Below, piece after piece: positions 26,701-44,396 of a DNA stretch of 64,000 nt; positions within the stretch are counted from its first letter, which is position 1, and every line of letters starts with the position of its first letter. The stretch comes from Proteromonas lacertae (Eukaryota), in assembly GCA_002245135.1 (NCBI GenBank), contig NGBS01000872.1:248001-312000 (forward strand), in the 5' to 3' direction. Both the position numbers and the translations under genes were made by a program. Below the pieces are notes generated by a model that ran no database searches, was not told the DNA's origin, and saw only the letters and a program-made list of their open reading frames with translations.

Positions 26701-29700
26701 AGTTTATTATGATAATTGATTTATTATTAAGTGGTGAAAGTATTAGTGAATTACAAGATCAATTAAAAGCAATAACTGATTTCTTAGTGATATTCCAATC
26801 ACATTATTTAGTTGAAATTAAGTTAATAGAAAATCAAAAGTGTATAGTTGATTATGCAAAGTTAGTGTTAAAAACAGTTAGTAAAATATTAAACAGAATA
26901 TCTGAAGTAGTTGATTATTCAATGATTGAATATAATCTGATTATTTCACCATCAGGAACAATGATGAATGATTTATTGATATATATTTATACACACTATA
27001 ATAATACAAGTATTGCAGATGGTTTATTAGAGTCAATTATCAGTTTAACGAAACAATGGGATGAAGTGTTTCATAAAATTGATGAAAACTTTAACAGAAA
27101 TGATCAAATAACAATTTCACAGAATGAATTGTGTTGGGAAACTAAAGATTTTAGATCTACACCATATAATATCAACTTATCAATACAAAATGGAAATTGT
27201 GATGTATTAACTGCTGAATATGGATATTCATTCATTCCTAAAGAAGATCTAATTATATATTCACTTGGTAGAGCTGTTAGTTTAGTAGATGGTCAAAGAA
27301 TCTTGCATAGACCACATGTATTGAAATTGTTATTGAATAATGAAGTGATTGGTATAGTTACTGTAGATCAATACAGTAATATCGATACTTTAGGTTATGC
27401 TTATGAGAATTTACCATTTCCATTGTATTTGAATAAAGGAGTAAAGTATCAGATAAGTTGTGGTGAATGTATGCAATGTGGAGATGTATGGTTTAATAAT
27501 CCAAACTATTCAAAGATATTGAACTATAGATCTAATCTTGTTGAAATAGCGGAAGAAAAGAATGAAAAATTGAAGGAAGATAAACAAGAAAGAGATTTAC
27601 AAATACAACAGAACAAAGTATTAATATCATATGGAACTGCCACATTCTATGTATTAAAGAAATCTGAATTTGTTCCACCATTATTACCACCTTTACATTT
27701 TCAAAATCTAACTGAAGATGAAGTAAATGATTCTATTGGTCCAAATGTTCAACAGATTAGTTGTAGTGATAATAGATATATATTTACGACAATGAATAAT
27801 AACATTATTATTGATTATATTATACAAATCAAATCAGTTGAACCTAATTCTGAACTGTTATTTGGTTTTACTAATCAATTATCCAATAAAGATAAAGATG
27901 AACAACAACCATATGGATATTTAATATCAATAAATGGTTATTTATTAAAGAATAATGAAAAGAGAATATGCCAAGCAATGGACTTAGAATTAGGTTCAAT
28001 TATTCATGTAAGAATCAATACATCTAATGGTAATATGATGGTTAGTTTTGAAAATACAAATTATGGTTATATCTATGGAAATAGTGATATGAATCCATTA
28101 TGTAGAATAGATATAAATGGTCCAATATCACTGTTATTCTTCTTAAAAGGTAATATTGATATAGAAGTCTATTTTACTGATATAATTCATGATAATAAAA
28201 TCCCATTCTATTATGAATGTGAAAGAATATTGACTAGTGTATGTGGTTTATTATGTAATACAAGTATTGCTAGTTTACCAATAGATGAAGAGGAAGAGAA
28301 AGTAATTCCTTGGGATAATTCATATATATTACAATCTGGACCTGAAGTTACAATATCTGATACGCATGGAGTACAATTGCCACCAATTACTGTAGATAAT
28401 GAATTACAAACGATAGTTACTAGTATTATAGATTTAAGGAATGAAACTGGGACAAAGATATATGAATGGTTTGATAAAACATTCAAACAGAATATGATCT
28501 TTCGAGCCAAGCCGAATGTTCCAATAGAAAGATTATTCCTTGGTTTTATTATTAAACAATGTCATATAATAGATGATATTCAACTGTTAATGAGTTATCT
28601 TAAAGAACCAAGAACTAATATAGAAAGTATAAAGAATAATTGTCAGGAAATATGGAAAGCAGTAATAACCTTAAGAAGATATATAGATGGTAAATATAAT
28701 GATTATAAACAAGATGATCCAGATAATTGGGAAACTCAAGCTAATTTATTAGTCAATAATATCACCGACAAATTGAGATTTTTATTAACATTCACATCCT
28801 GTAGAGATGATAAAAATAGTACATTCCCTAATAGAAAAGAAGAAGAAAAAATGGATTTTAGAACCAGTATATTAACAGCTAGAAGAAATGAATTAAAATC
28901 AAATCCATCTACACCAACTAAACCAACATTAATCCATCATTCATCTTCAAAGAGATTATTAGTAGATAGTTCACAAGTTCAAAGTCCAACAAAACAGAAA
29001 CAAATATATTTAGATCAATTCCATGAAGTAACCCATTTACATCAAACACTTAGTGTAGAAGATACTAATAAAGTAGATCCAATCTATAACCAAACACTAT
29101 CTATTATTAATGAATGTATGAATATATTTATTACTGAAAATGCACCAGATTTAAAATCACTCAATCATTTTATTGCAATTCGAAAGGAAAGAGCAATGTT
29201 TAGACATAAAGGATTGGAAAGTTTATCATATTTATTAGATAATTTGAAATCTGATATTGGTAAATATGAAGTATTAAGGTATATAAGACCAGCATTTAGA
29301 GGTCCAATCAGTGAAGATAAATTCAATATAATCAATGCAATTACATCTAAGCATCATTATTTAACTAATCTATATGGAGTACCAACAGCATATCGTAAAT
29401 TGGTTGGTAATACATTCTGGAAAGTGTTTGATAAAATGATTAAAATGATACATAATATGATTGAGAATCGTAAATATAATGGAACTTTATTTTATACAAT
29501 ATTATGGTGTTTAACATTAGATTATCAAGATAAAGACTTCTCCAATTTATTACAATATCAATTCCCACAGACATTAAAGAAGTTCTCAACTATTTCATCA
29601 TTAATTGATCAAGTCTCAACAGAGAATAAGAATAAAGAAATATGTTATACTCCTGATTTATTCATGTCTAATTGGAATATTAGAAATTTACCACCAGCTA

Positions 29701-32700
29701 CGAAGATTTTAGAGTTATTATCTAATGGTAAAATCACTATTAGAGAGATAAAAGGATTATTAAGAAATCAAGTCTGTTTAGATGACTTTATTGATGGTTT
29801 AGGAAAGAAATTTGGAATAAAAGAAAACTGTGTTTTAACATATTCACAATCTATTAAAATCATAACAAAAGAGTTGGAAAATTGTGAAGTTTCTGAAGAA
29901 AGTAAATATGACAATACATACAATAACAACATATTAAAATCATTCATATTCAGAATGATTAGTGATTATTGCTGTAATTTACAGAACTTTTTGATGTTAA
30001 ACACATTCTCAATTAAGCATGATTTGAATGAAAGAAGACCAGATTTAATAACGAATAGAGATAGATATGATTTATCCAGTCCAATGGATTTATTTGGTTG
30101 GAATAAATATATAAAAGATTTCTTAAATAAAGAATTTTCTATATTAAATAATTATTATACAGTAGAAAATGATATTACTAACAGAATATTGGAACAAATG
30201 GAAGTGGAAAAGAGAATGTCAGGTTTAGTGAAATTAATATCCTTAAACCAAAGTGGTGATTTCCATAGTGGAATGATTAAAGAATATTTAGATTTATTCA
30301 TATTAGGAATAATGCATGGATTACCTCCATTGAAACATGATATAATGAAGTATTTACAAATAACATTGTTAAAGATGAAATGTCCAAGTTCTGATTATTT
30401 CAAGAAGCTAATTAAACCATTCTTAATGTTGATTGGTCATTTATATTCTATCAATGGAGAATTATATGTATCTGAAGACAAGAGTATTGTTATTGATGAA
30501 TTAATGCCACCTGGTCAAGGTTATACACATCAAATATTAGCTTGTGATACAGTTATCTTTATTAGACAATTATTACAAGAACAATCATGGAAAGAAGCAA
30601 GTAAATCATTCTTCCAATCCTTATTAGGTGATGTTAAAAATACAGTAAAGCATTATTTAGAAACAAGTAAAGTTGGTGATGAATTGAGTTGTATTTTTGG
30701 TGTATTATCGGTATTAGGAGGTTTTACTGAAGTATATAGAGAAGGTGGTAAAGCTATTTATAAGCCAACTAATGAAATTGGTACTATCATATCGTATGAT
30801 CCTTATATTAATGATATTGGATTGTTATTTAGTGAGAATTATGCTGATGAAGTTTTACCATTATAGTAAGAATGATGTAGTTGTATGTAATACAATCAAT
30901 CCACCATCTCTAACTGATATATTAGATATTCATTCTACATTTGAATTAATACAAACTGTATTAAGTATTGATGATACAAATCAATCATATAATAGAGAAA
31001 ATCGATTTATAATTCATTCCTTAAAATATAAAATAATCAAAATAGTTGGTGATCAATCTAATAATGCAGAATTCAATTCAAAACTATTAAATAATGATGT
31101 AATAATGGATTATTTAGTTAATCAAACCACAGGTTTGTCATATATTCCTATATTATCTAAAGATAATCGTGAAATGTTAATAAATCAATTACATCAACAA
31201 ATATTAGAATTATCTAATGAATCTACAACACATAATCCACAAGAACCATCTATTAAGTGTAGTAAAGAAGAATTTGATTTAGGAGTAACACTTCAAACAT
31301 GTTTGAAAGGATTTTCATTGAATGAATGTATTAGTGCCGTGCAGAATAATAATGATAATAAATTACTAGCCGTTAGTGATTTATTAAACTTGGTATTAGT
31401 CTCTGTTCCAGATAAATATATAGAACCTGAATATAAATTTGTATCTGAGTTAGGTTTAATGGTATTAAAGATGTGCAATTTACCTGATTATATATGTGAT
31501 ATACTAGTAGAAATGATAGATGATAATCCAGAGAGATTGAATCAAATAATGTTAATGATAAGTTTAGTTAATTTACAGTATTCACCAGAACCGAATAGAG
31601 AAAGAATACAATATACTCATATATACAAAGATAAAGATGTATGGTTTGATTTCTGCACATTCACTAGTGATTTTGAAAGTAAAACTAATTATGATAATCA
31701 TTATAACATCCATTATTCATCATTACCTGAAGGTGAAGTGATTAAAAAAGGAACTGTAGTTTCATTTACTAGTCAAGATAATGAGAATAATATATATGCT
31801 GAAAAGACTGGAAGAGTAGTTGAAGATACTGAATCTAAGAAAGATGTAACGGTATTATTTTACAATCCATTAACAGGAATGAAATGGAAAGAAACTTGTC
31901 CATTTGAAAGATTGAGTTTTTCTACAATGAAAGATGGAAATATAGTGAATAAACAAGCAACAATATCACAAACAATCGCTTATATTTCATCATTAGAAAG
32001 ATATTATTCACAAGGAATATTATTAAATATATTGACAAATGATAAATCTTATGAAAGATTAATAGCCAAAATAAAACAATCTCCTACTGATTATATAATG
32101 GACTTGTTCTCTCGTTTAATGATTGGAAATGTAATGAGTAATACACTTGATAGTACAATATATGAAACAAATCTATTTCATAATTTATTCTTGTGGAGTA
32201 AAGATAAAGAGTTTCAGGATAGATTATATGATATAATAATGCATCAAATATTGAATCATATTAAAGATAATGATTATACAACAATAAGTGATAATTATGT
32301 AATTAAAGAAAGTCTACATCCAGTACCAATGAAAATATGTTATACAGGTAAAGTACATTTACCAGGTGCAAAGAGGCTAATAGTTATATTCGATTTAGAT
32401 ACAGATTTTGGTGATATTAGTACTTCAAAACTACTATTATCAGGAGATGAAGATTTTACAAAACCAACATTTTACCATGGAAGTGATGGTATATTCCCAC
32501 CATGTATAATTGATGGAGGTACTCTTTGGTTTAGATATATAGTAGGTGGAGATAAAGCACCTTGGGGTTATCGATTTGAAGTGAGAGAATTACCAGTTCA
32601 TAAATGGACAACTGAAGATGATATAAACAGTATACCTGATAGAAAATGGGGTTTATGGTTATGTGAATCATTGTTTAATAGTAAAATGATAGATATATAT

Positions 32701-34969
32701 AAACATAAACAGATTAATATTGAGTTATATACATCATTAATCCATGAATTAAAAGAATATGGTAATATTGAAAGTATTAAGATGTTATTATTGTTACTAT
32801 CATCTCCTGATGTTTTTCCATCAGATTATACAATTGATTTAGAACCAATATCTGATGTATTTTCTGTATTTGAAAATTTCATTAAAAATAATGCAGAAAT
32901 TTCAACAAGAAATAAATATTTCACTGAAATATTATATCATATGAAAAATATCAATAATCAAGTAACAAAATCAATAAGAACAGAAAAACCAACTTTAGAA
33001 AACTTCTCCTTCAAACCTCAAGAAGATATAATCAAACAAGAAAAGAAGATTGAAAATTATTTATTATTTGCACCATTATGGTTCAGAGGTTTGCATCAAC
33101 AGTATTTCCCTGAAGATTTATTCTGTACTACATGGTATCTTAACCACTTTCTATTAAAAGAATTCAATTCTGAACATCCAATGAAGGATGATAGTTTTAA
33201 TTGCACTTGTGGATATCCTGGTGCTGAGAAATATAGAATATTCTTTGATCCTCGATGTAGATTACCACCCAAATATCATTTAATGATATTATTAGGTCAA
33301 CAGAAACAATATATTAAATTCCCATATCCATCAATGTTATCAGTAGAAAGCATGGGTTTTAGATTTGTAATATCTAAAGAAGAAGGTGCTGTTTTTCCAA
33401 CAGATAAAGAATACTTTGGTATATCAATATTAGTAGATGTGACTGGTAGTTTTTCATACGATCTTGTATGTAGTGCAGTGAATCAAAGTAAAGAAGAGAT
33501 ATTGAGTTTATATGAAAAAATGCATAAATGGCCAATAGAAGCTGATTTAGAGATTATTAAATATTATGATACTAATAAGTTTGATGGTGGTATTCATTTC
33601 CGACAAGAAGAAGGATTTGAGAAGAAATATCCATTATTATGTAGTTATCCACAATTATTGAGAGATTTTAGACTTAGATTAATAGATGAATTTAGAGTGT
33701 ATTGGAAAATATTCTATTTATTTGTTGATTTTTCATTAAAATATCCTAATTGTTTAGGAAATCAAATGAAAGAATCACTTTATCTATTACCTCGTTTACA
33801 AAAATTCAACTTCATTGCAAGTATCTTAAAAGAGAATGCAGTAGATATTAATCCAGTTCCAGTATTATTTGATTCATTAGCTGCAAAACAAGAAGAGAGT
33901 GTAGTATTTGATAATCCATTACATAGTCATTCAATGTTTATTCAAGCGTATTTACAATTAAAAGATCAACCTATAGAATTGTTTAAATGTAATAACTTCT
34001 TTATGACTGTTATGTATAAAGGTGAAGAAGGAATTGATGCTGGTGGTTTATTTAGAGATTCAATAACTCAGATTGTAAGTAGTATATTCAATCCAAATTT
34101 GAAATTAATGTTAAATTGTGGTAAAACAGGTACATTTGTGCCATATCCTAAATGGAAATCTCCAAGTTTATTAAATATGTATAAATTCATTGGAATACTG
34201 ATGGGAATATCATTAAGATATGATTTATCATTACCATTCTCATTCCCACCTTTAGTATGGAAGAAATTGTTAGGAAAAACAGAAGATATTACAATGAAAG
34301 ATTTAGAATTTATTGATCCAATAATAGTGAATTATATAAATAGTATTAAAGAATGTTCTGATGAAGATTTCCCATATGTAGTTGATGAAGATACGAAGTG
34401 TGTTGTATCTAATTTCATAGGTGAATATGAAGAATTTATTGATGGTGGATCAAACATCCCATTAACATTAGAAAATCGAGATGAAATGTTAGATAAAATA
34501 TATAAATTCCGAATAAATGAATTTGATAAACAAATTGATTCAATGAGAGATGGTTTGTATAGTGTTATACATGAAAATGTTTTATATTTCTTAAGTGTAT
34601 CAGAATTAGAATATTTCATATGTGGAAGTCAAGAAATTGATATATCTGCATTAAAGAGAAACACTCAATATGAAGGATATAATGAAGATGATGATGTAAT
34701 AAACAATTTCTGGATTGTGATGAATGAATTGACTGAAGAGCAAAAGAGTAGTTGGATTTATTTTGTATGGGGAGCAACTAGGAATTCCATGTACTTATAA
34801 TTGGGCAACTAAATTCAAGATTAGAAAAGCTGGAGATCCATCTCAATTACCAACAGCTCATACTTGTTTCTTTAAAGTAGATTTACCACCTTATGGTGAT
34901 TATGAGACAATGAAAAAGAATATATTATTGGCGATAGAATATGGAAGTGTTGGAATGTTGAATCAATAA
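23723..34969 (+). CDS. Giant HECT E3 ubiquitin ligase with SPRY-like and UBA-like regions; two +1 discontinuities (about 30860 and 34780)
   Basis: 4 introns at the 5' end; GEEGIDAGGLFRD, ICGSQEIDI, FVWGATR/IP...LPTAHTCFFKVDLPPY. Confidence 0.9.
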
Positions 34970-35226
34970 AGATTTGAAATTTTAATTAGTTTATATTTTT
35001 CTAATATGTCATGTGTTTTTCATGAGTGAGAATTGTATAAAATCACATATGTGTTCAGTAAATTCAGAAAAATGTAGCTCGAACAAGGCTTGATCTTTAT
35101 TTTGTTATTTTTATATTCAAATCTAATGTATACAGTCATTAAACATCTTTGGAGTAATGTAAATATTGCATATCTTACTGATGTTATTGGTATTTTTTTA
35201 GTAAAAAAATCCACAATTTATAAATA

Positions 35227-38200
35227 TTAGAACATAATATATAATAATAGTAAAAGTGATAACAATAGTAATATTCTGTTATAAATACTTTTAACATTTT
35301 TACCAAAGCCTTTCTTTTCGCTATCTGGAATTTCAATCAGTTTGATTGTTTCCAATTTGATGAAAATGTCTCTATAAATGATTTTAATTCGGATTTATCA
35401 ACATTCTCTTTCAGTGTTATTGATAAATCTTCTAAATAATCAAATACTTCTTTGTTTTCTTTAATTAATCTTAAATCTTTTTCATTTAAGTCATTTCCTG
35501 ATAGATTTATCTTTTTTACAAAATCATTTCCTTTTAATCTTTCTATTAACATTTTCAATCCTTTTTCACTCATTCCAATGTCTATTTGAATAAGAAAAAT
35601 ATATTATATTCAGAAAATACTTGACAGATTTAATGACCAACCATCAACAAACTTAGTTAAATATTTACAGATTATTTCTATTCCTTCATCTCCAATTGGA
35701 TTATTGAATATCGATATTTTCCATATACATTGCTGCAATGAATCTGTTAATACTTTTAATCCTTTATAACTAATGTGATTACTGGATAAATCAAGTGTTT
35801 TATAATCTATTTGTTTAATTAATGACATATGAGAATCATTGAGATTCAACTCTATTTTATTAATATTAGACATATCGAACTATACTGGAAAAATCGCTAG
35901 TAATTAATATATTGTCTTTTCTTCTTAATACAATAATCCAAATAATATTCCAACTCCTCATTTGTCCATGATAAACATTTCATTTGTACAAATGGATATT
36001 CTTCTTTTTCTAATGATTTTTCACAAATTGATTTTAATCCATTCATTGTGATTTTATTTCCATTTAAACATATCAATTGACAATGATTCATTGAATCAAT
36101 TTTATTAGTTAATAATATTACACTTTCATCATCAATGGAAGTATTACTTAAATCCATTATTTCATAACAATATATTAGCATATTTGCGATTTTCAATAAT
36201 CTTTTCATTCCCTTATTTCCAATAGGATTATCTATTAAATAATTTATAAACTATTGAAAAAAATACTATGAATCAGTAACTTTTCAATATAATCATGATC
36301 TTTCATATAATTTATTAAATATTCAATTCCATCTGAATCAATATTATTGTAACTTATATCAAGCATATAGATCTTTCTTTGAATAATTTTTAAATCATCT
36401 AATAAGTGTTTCAATCCTCTTGAAGATAATCTCATTTCTATTACATAAAAAGAAGTGATTATAATAATAGTCATCATTATACTTGAGCAATTTATATCTC
36501 TATAACTTGTTTTTAATAAATGCAAGTGTGGAGATAAAAATTTCATTCCTTCATCACCTATTTCATTTCCATGCAATTCAAGATGTTCAAGATTTGAAAT
36601 AGAAGATAAATTGTCAAACAATATTTCAACACTTTCATATGCTAGTTTATTATCTAAACAAAAGAAAAATATCAAATTATACTAGACAAATCTAACATAT
36701 TTATTTCTCTTAATTCATTTAATCTTAAAGAGATGAATGATCTGAAAAAATCATCATCAATTTGTAAATCATGTAGATCTAGATTTTGATTTAATTCCAC
36801 AACGGTTGATGTATTTGATTAATTCTGGAATATCTTTATCAATCAGTAATTCTTTACTTCCATTAAAATCAAAACCTATTTTTGAAATAGGAAATTTAGA
36901 GAATAAAGCTTTTAATCCTTTTGAATGAATATTATGGTTGCGATTTACATATATTATTTTAAGATTTGAATATTTGTGTAATTCTTCTGATAATAATATC
37001 ATTGATTCATCATCTAAATTCATTTCAATAAGATCCAAATCATTATACTTGTAGATTAATAAATTCAAATATGGAAATAACAGTTTGAAGCCTTTTCACA
37101 CCAATTGGATTACCTATTTCAAAATAATATAGAGAATAACAAATACATGAAAGTTTTACATATTCTAATTTCATCAATGGAATTGATTTGATGATAGATT
37201 CAATGAAATCAGAAGTAAGACTACAATTTGATAAATACAATTCTTTTAGATTTGATAATTTACAAAAATATGCTCCAAATAATGGTTGATGTTGAATTTT
37301 CATCTTATTGAAATTAATATTATCATCTAAATCTATATACAAAGCAAAAAATATACAAAATCTGAGTTTTGTTGGATTGATTATTTTTAATATTCTAATC
37401 AAAGAATTAATACCTTCTTCACACAAACAAATACAGTTTGGATTAATCATGATTTTTTGTATATCAATTTTATCAACAGTAATACTAAATATCATTTCAT
37501 CTGTATAGCTTTCTTTTCTTTTCTTACAATGGTGATTAATTCGAAATTTCAGTTTATCATTTATTGAATCATCTTTTCTGTATAATTTTATCATCAGCAA
37601 TATTGTTAATATTCTTTCATTTGGTTTATTATTGTATGATTGTATCAATAAATCTCGAATTATTGTCCATTTATCATTGTAAAGATAATATTCTTTTGGT
37701 AGAACTATTAAAATCTTTATATCATCATTATATAACAATTCTTTCCTTTCATTACATATCATTAAATTATTATCACTATCTTTCATTATTTCACTCATTT
37801 TTATCATTTCTTTTTTCAACTCTTTCAAACTCATTCTATATTCACTATTCACTTTCAAAATTCTTTCTATCATCTCTTTCATCATTTCATCACACTCTAC
37901 ATTAAAACTGTATTTACATCTCACAATATTCTCTTTGGTTTTATTTATATTATTATCTTCATTAAATGGTAATTTCTTGTTAATCATTTCATATAATATA
38001 CAACCAATTGACCAAATCACACTTTTATCATTACATTCTAGTCCATTCAACTCTTCTGGGCTTCTAAAGCATATATCATATATTCTCATATCTTCTTCTT
38101 TTCTCAATTCATTCAAGAATAAATCACATAACTTTATAGAATCATTTTCTTCATATATTATGTTGCTACTCTTCAAACTATTAACCACTAAACCATATTC

Positions 38201-38616
38201 ATCTAACACCATTACTATATCACATATTTCACATATAACACTACACATATCACCACTTGAATAGTTTTTACTTTTAATTATCTCTTCTAGATCTTTTGAA
38301 TAATAATCTCTTGATATTATCATATATTTAATTCTTTCATTCACCTGAAGTATATTTGAAGGATAAATATAGGACAAACAACAATCAAACAATAAGGAGT
38401 TTTTTTCACAAAACTGTAACATCTTCTTTTCTTTTATCCCAGCAATATTAAGAAATCTGAATGTTTTAATACCATCATGATGTTCTATTACTAAATCTAC
38501 TTCACTGTCACTCTTTTTTATTCTTTCAATTATCTAAAAGGGTAAATTAACAAAAATACTTCTGTTTCAGATGGTAAAATTGAGGATATAGCATCATCTA
38601 CGAAAGAATTGAGCAT
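35227..38616 (-). CDS. Pseudokinase plus RI-type leucine-rich-repeat protein with probable C-terminal TM anchor; several indels (assembly errors or pseudogene)
   Basis: Degenerate kinase (LKSSNI, DLF, SPEE, WSIGCILYEM), then LxLxxNxIGDEG repeats; tail ILLLLSLLLLLYIMF. Confidence 0.75.
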
Positions 38617-38835
38617 TTAAAGTTTTTATATAGAAATAGAGTCGTTTCAAGACTTCATTTTTTTAAAATTAAACATAATTAAGCTCATAGTACAAATAAA
38701 TACATTCAAAATTGTGGCATCTATTTAGAATAGTAGGTGTAAAATATTTAAATAAAAATATCAGCTTTTTTGAATGAAAAAAATACATTTACTACCCCTG
38801 AAAAATAAACACACAATTAGACAAAAAAAAACATT

Positions 38836-39702
38836 CTATTCAGATTTAAGTTTATCTGATTTATGTCTAAAATAAATAATATACAAAATAAATAGTATAC
38901 TTGTATGCTGATTTGAAAAAATCCATAAACAACACTAACAGAGAAGCCATATATAATATTTGTAGTAACTTTAACCATAACACACCACAATTAAAATATA
39001 TTCCTGTTACAAATTGTATAATACTTACAGTAAATTGAATCATTTGTATTAAAGTCAAGTATTTCTTCCACCAACATGGAATATGTAATAATGCTAATGT
39101 ATAATACGAATACATTATTATGTGGATCGTAGAGTTCATGGCCATTACAAATGTGAAATCTCCATAAGTATCAAACACATTACTTAGCCAACCAATAATA
39201 ACAATAGTTACATGATGGTAAAGACCTAAAAAAGACACTTGACGAAATGACGTTCTTAAAATAAAGAAAAATGTATCATATAACTCGAATATTTTCATTA
39301 AAAAACCAACATAGTGAACCTATATTTGCAATAAATAGAATTAATACAAATATCATTTCCGGATTGCTTCTATTATCACCATTACAGAAAAAACCAATTG
39401 GTTCAATAAATTGATTGATTATCACTTTCATGAGTATATAACCATTCATTGCAATTGTTATAATATTATAAACAAATAAAATTTGAGTCATATAAGGAAA
39501 TGGCTTATCCCTTCTTTTCATTATCTCATATAAAATAAAACAGCATAGCAAATAGCCTAATATTATACCAAACGTTATGGATGGCTTATATAAAGGATAT
39601 TCTTCAAGAAATCCATCTATGCAACTAAAAACATATTTATTTTGTACTATTTATTCTATTTTTAAAGAATTCATATGATTTTATTGGTGACCACACTTTC
39701 AT
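38836..39702 (-). CDS. Fatty acid elongase (ELO/GNS1 family)
   Basis: KIFELYDT, SFLGLYHH, NSTIHIIMYSYY, TLIQMIQF; 3 introns. Confidence 0.9.
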
Positions 39703-39841
39703 AACTCAAAAATACACAAAATAATATTCGATAGGTTTGATATTATCAAGCTTATTTTTTTAAATGAATTTTATCAATCTATGTGAGAGAAATTAAGCAT
39801 TTAGAATAATAAAAATTTGCATATCAATGACATTACATATT

Positions 39842-41116
39842 TTATAAAGGTTTTGATTTTAATCTTCTTAATCTTCCATATGATTCAATAATTCTTTGAG
39901 TATGTCTTTTACCAATAGCTTCTGGTATTCCATTTCTAGTGCAAACATCAGGATGCCATTTATGTATTTGAACCCTGAATGCAATCTGAATTTCCTCCAA
40001 CGAAGCAGTTTCCTTCACACCTAAAACTTCATAATCAGTTGCTAATGGAGAGAATTGAGTGGAAGAATAATAAGATCTTTTATGCTCTTCTTCCTCTTGT
40101 TGTTCTTCTTGATTCTTCTTTTCTTTATATTCTTCTTTTTCATTATACTTTTCAAATAATGTCCAAACTCTATCATCACATACACTTTTACTGTAATCAT
40201 GAAGACTTTCAGACTTTCTAATATCTGCCCATTCTTTGAATGATTCTTTTTGTTCTTTCTTAGCATTAGATGGTGCAAATAATGATTTGAATAGTGAAAT
40301 AATGAAATTTCTTTTCTCTCTTTTTGCTCTTATTAAGTAGTCAAATATTCCTTCTTGTGGTAAACCATAAGCTTCTCCTGTAGTACCATTAATGAATACT
40401 TGAAATATTGAATGCATATGATGATATTCTCCGATATAAGCAGGTAAATAAACTTTTCTACAAACACGATTTTTGAAATGACAATCAACATTGAATAATG
40501 TTTTATGTTTCAGTTTGTATATTGAATTATACTTTGCAGATTCCTATTACATAAAACTAACATATATGTATGTATACAAATGTCTTAACCTGTTGTTTTA
40601 TTATTTGCCATGCTGTTTGTTGAGATACATACCATATATCCATGTGAATATTATCATCTAGCATTGATACTCTCAAAGGTTCGGCTGAAGTCAAATCTGT
40701 CTTAATATTTTGTACAAACTTTCTTCTAAATGAGTAACTACCATAGAATTCAGTCAAAGAAAGGTTGATTTCTTTTTCAACATTGTCTTTTCCACTATGG
40801 GATGAATAATGAGTTACAGCAGTACTCTTGTTATTGCATGTTGTTTCTACATCGAATTCAAAACACCAAAACGGTAAAAACATAGACTAAAATGTTAACA
40901 AAATAGTAATTATACTCTCATATGTAATTTCTTATTAAATATAAAACTGGTATATCTTTTTACCCATTTGTTATATGCTTCTATAGCCTCTTTTTCTGTT
41001 AATTGAAACGGTACAGCTTCTAATAAAACAGATTCATGAGAACTGAAGTGGACTTTTGAAATAATTTGAATTGGTGTTTTATAAACGACTCTAAAACAAG
41101 ATAATGCTCTAAACAT
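39842..41116 (-). CDS. DnaJ-domain protein (C-terminal J domain) with presequence-like N-terminus
   Basis: DYEVLGV...WHPD; starts MFRALSCFR; 2 introns. Confidence 0.8.
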
Positions 41117-41169
41117 ATTTAAACAATTTGAGTTTGGCTTGTCTTTACATTTTGCATTTCATCAAAAAA

Positions 41170-42026
41170 ATGAGTGAATCTGGATCTGGAGAGTATAATC
41201 CTATGAAGATTGTTCGTGAAACAGCGTATTTACATCAGAATATACTCTATTTAGAGTTGCTGAAACAATTTTGAAAAAGAGAAGAATTAATGAACAAGAA
41301 TATCATGCCAAAAAGTAGCAGCTCAACTTAAAAAAGATGAAGTATTATGATGAAGTATAATTAATAGAGAAAAAAACATAAGAAAAGTAAATCGTTCAAA
41401 ACACCAGAAAAAATAATAGGATCAACAATAGATGTATAATATTAGTTTTAATAAATTAGAAAATTAATGATGCAAGACGTTTAAGAAGAACAGCAAAGAC
41501 AAATCGTCTAAGAGGATTACCAAAAGTAGATGGCAATGAACTAGTGTTAATAATTCGTCATAGAAATGCACAAGGTTTATCCGTACCATCAAAGAAGATA
41601 TTAAACAGATTACGTTTAACAGAACAAAATGCTGCTGTATTTGCTAGATTAGATCAAGAATTGATTCGTTTATTACTATTAGTAAGACCGTTTGTAGTAT
41701 ATGGTAAACCATCTCTCAAATCAATAACTACATTGATAAAGACAAGAGCATTTTACTTAAATGAAGAAAAGAAAAGAGAAGCCTTAAAAGATAATACAAT
41801 AGTAGAAAAGAAGTTAGGACAATATGGAATTGTGTGTATTGATGATATAATACATGAAATTTCAACATTAGGAGAGAATTTCAACGAAGTTGTGAAGTTC
41901 TTAGCTCCATTTAAATTATCATATGCCACAGGTACATTTGAAAAGAAAATATTACATAAAGATAATATAGGAGCAGGTGGTGATAGAGGAGAGAATATTG
42001 ATGATTTAATTGATATTATGTTATAA
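41170..42026 (+). CDS. Ribosomal protein L7-like / Rlp7 (uL30 family)
   Basis: ETILKKRR, FKTPEK, ILNRLRL, DNTIVEKKLG, CIDDIIHEI, GDRGE; apparent -1 indel in an A-run near 41310. Confidence 0.85.
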
Positions 42027-42134
42027 ATTGTTTGTATTTTTTTTTCTTATTATGTATTATTTATGAATATTATCATTTTGTAAATATATGATTTGGGTAA
42101 AAATTAAAAACAATGAAAAATTAATAAATACTCC

Positions 42135-44396
<2,262 letters not shown>

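Noticed and set aside
41305..41320. In-frame TAG in Rlp7 (GCC AAA AAG TAG) as stop readthrough or -1 frameshift
   Set aside because: Readthrough gives the wrong frame after the next intron. One missing A in the A5 run fixes it, which is a typical homopolymer undercall.
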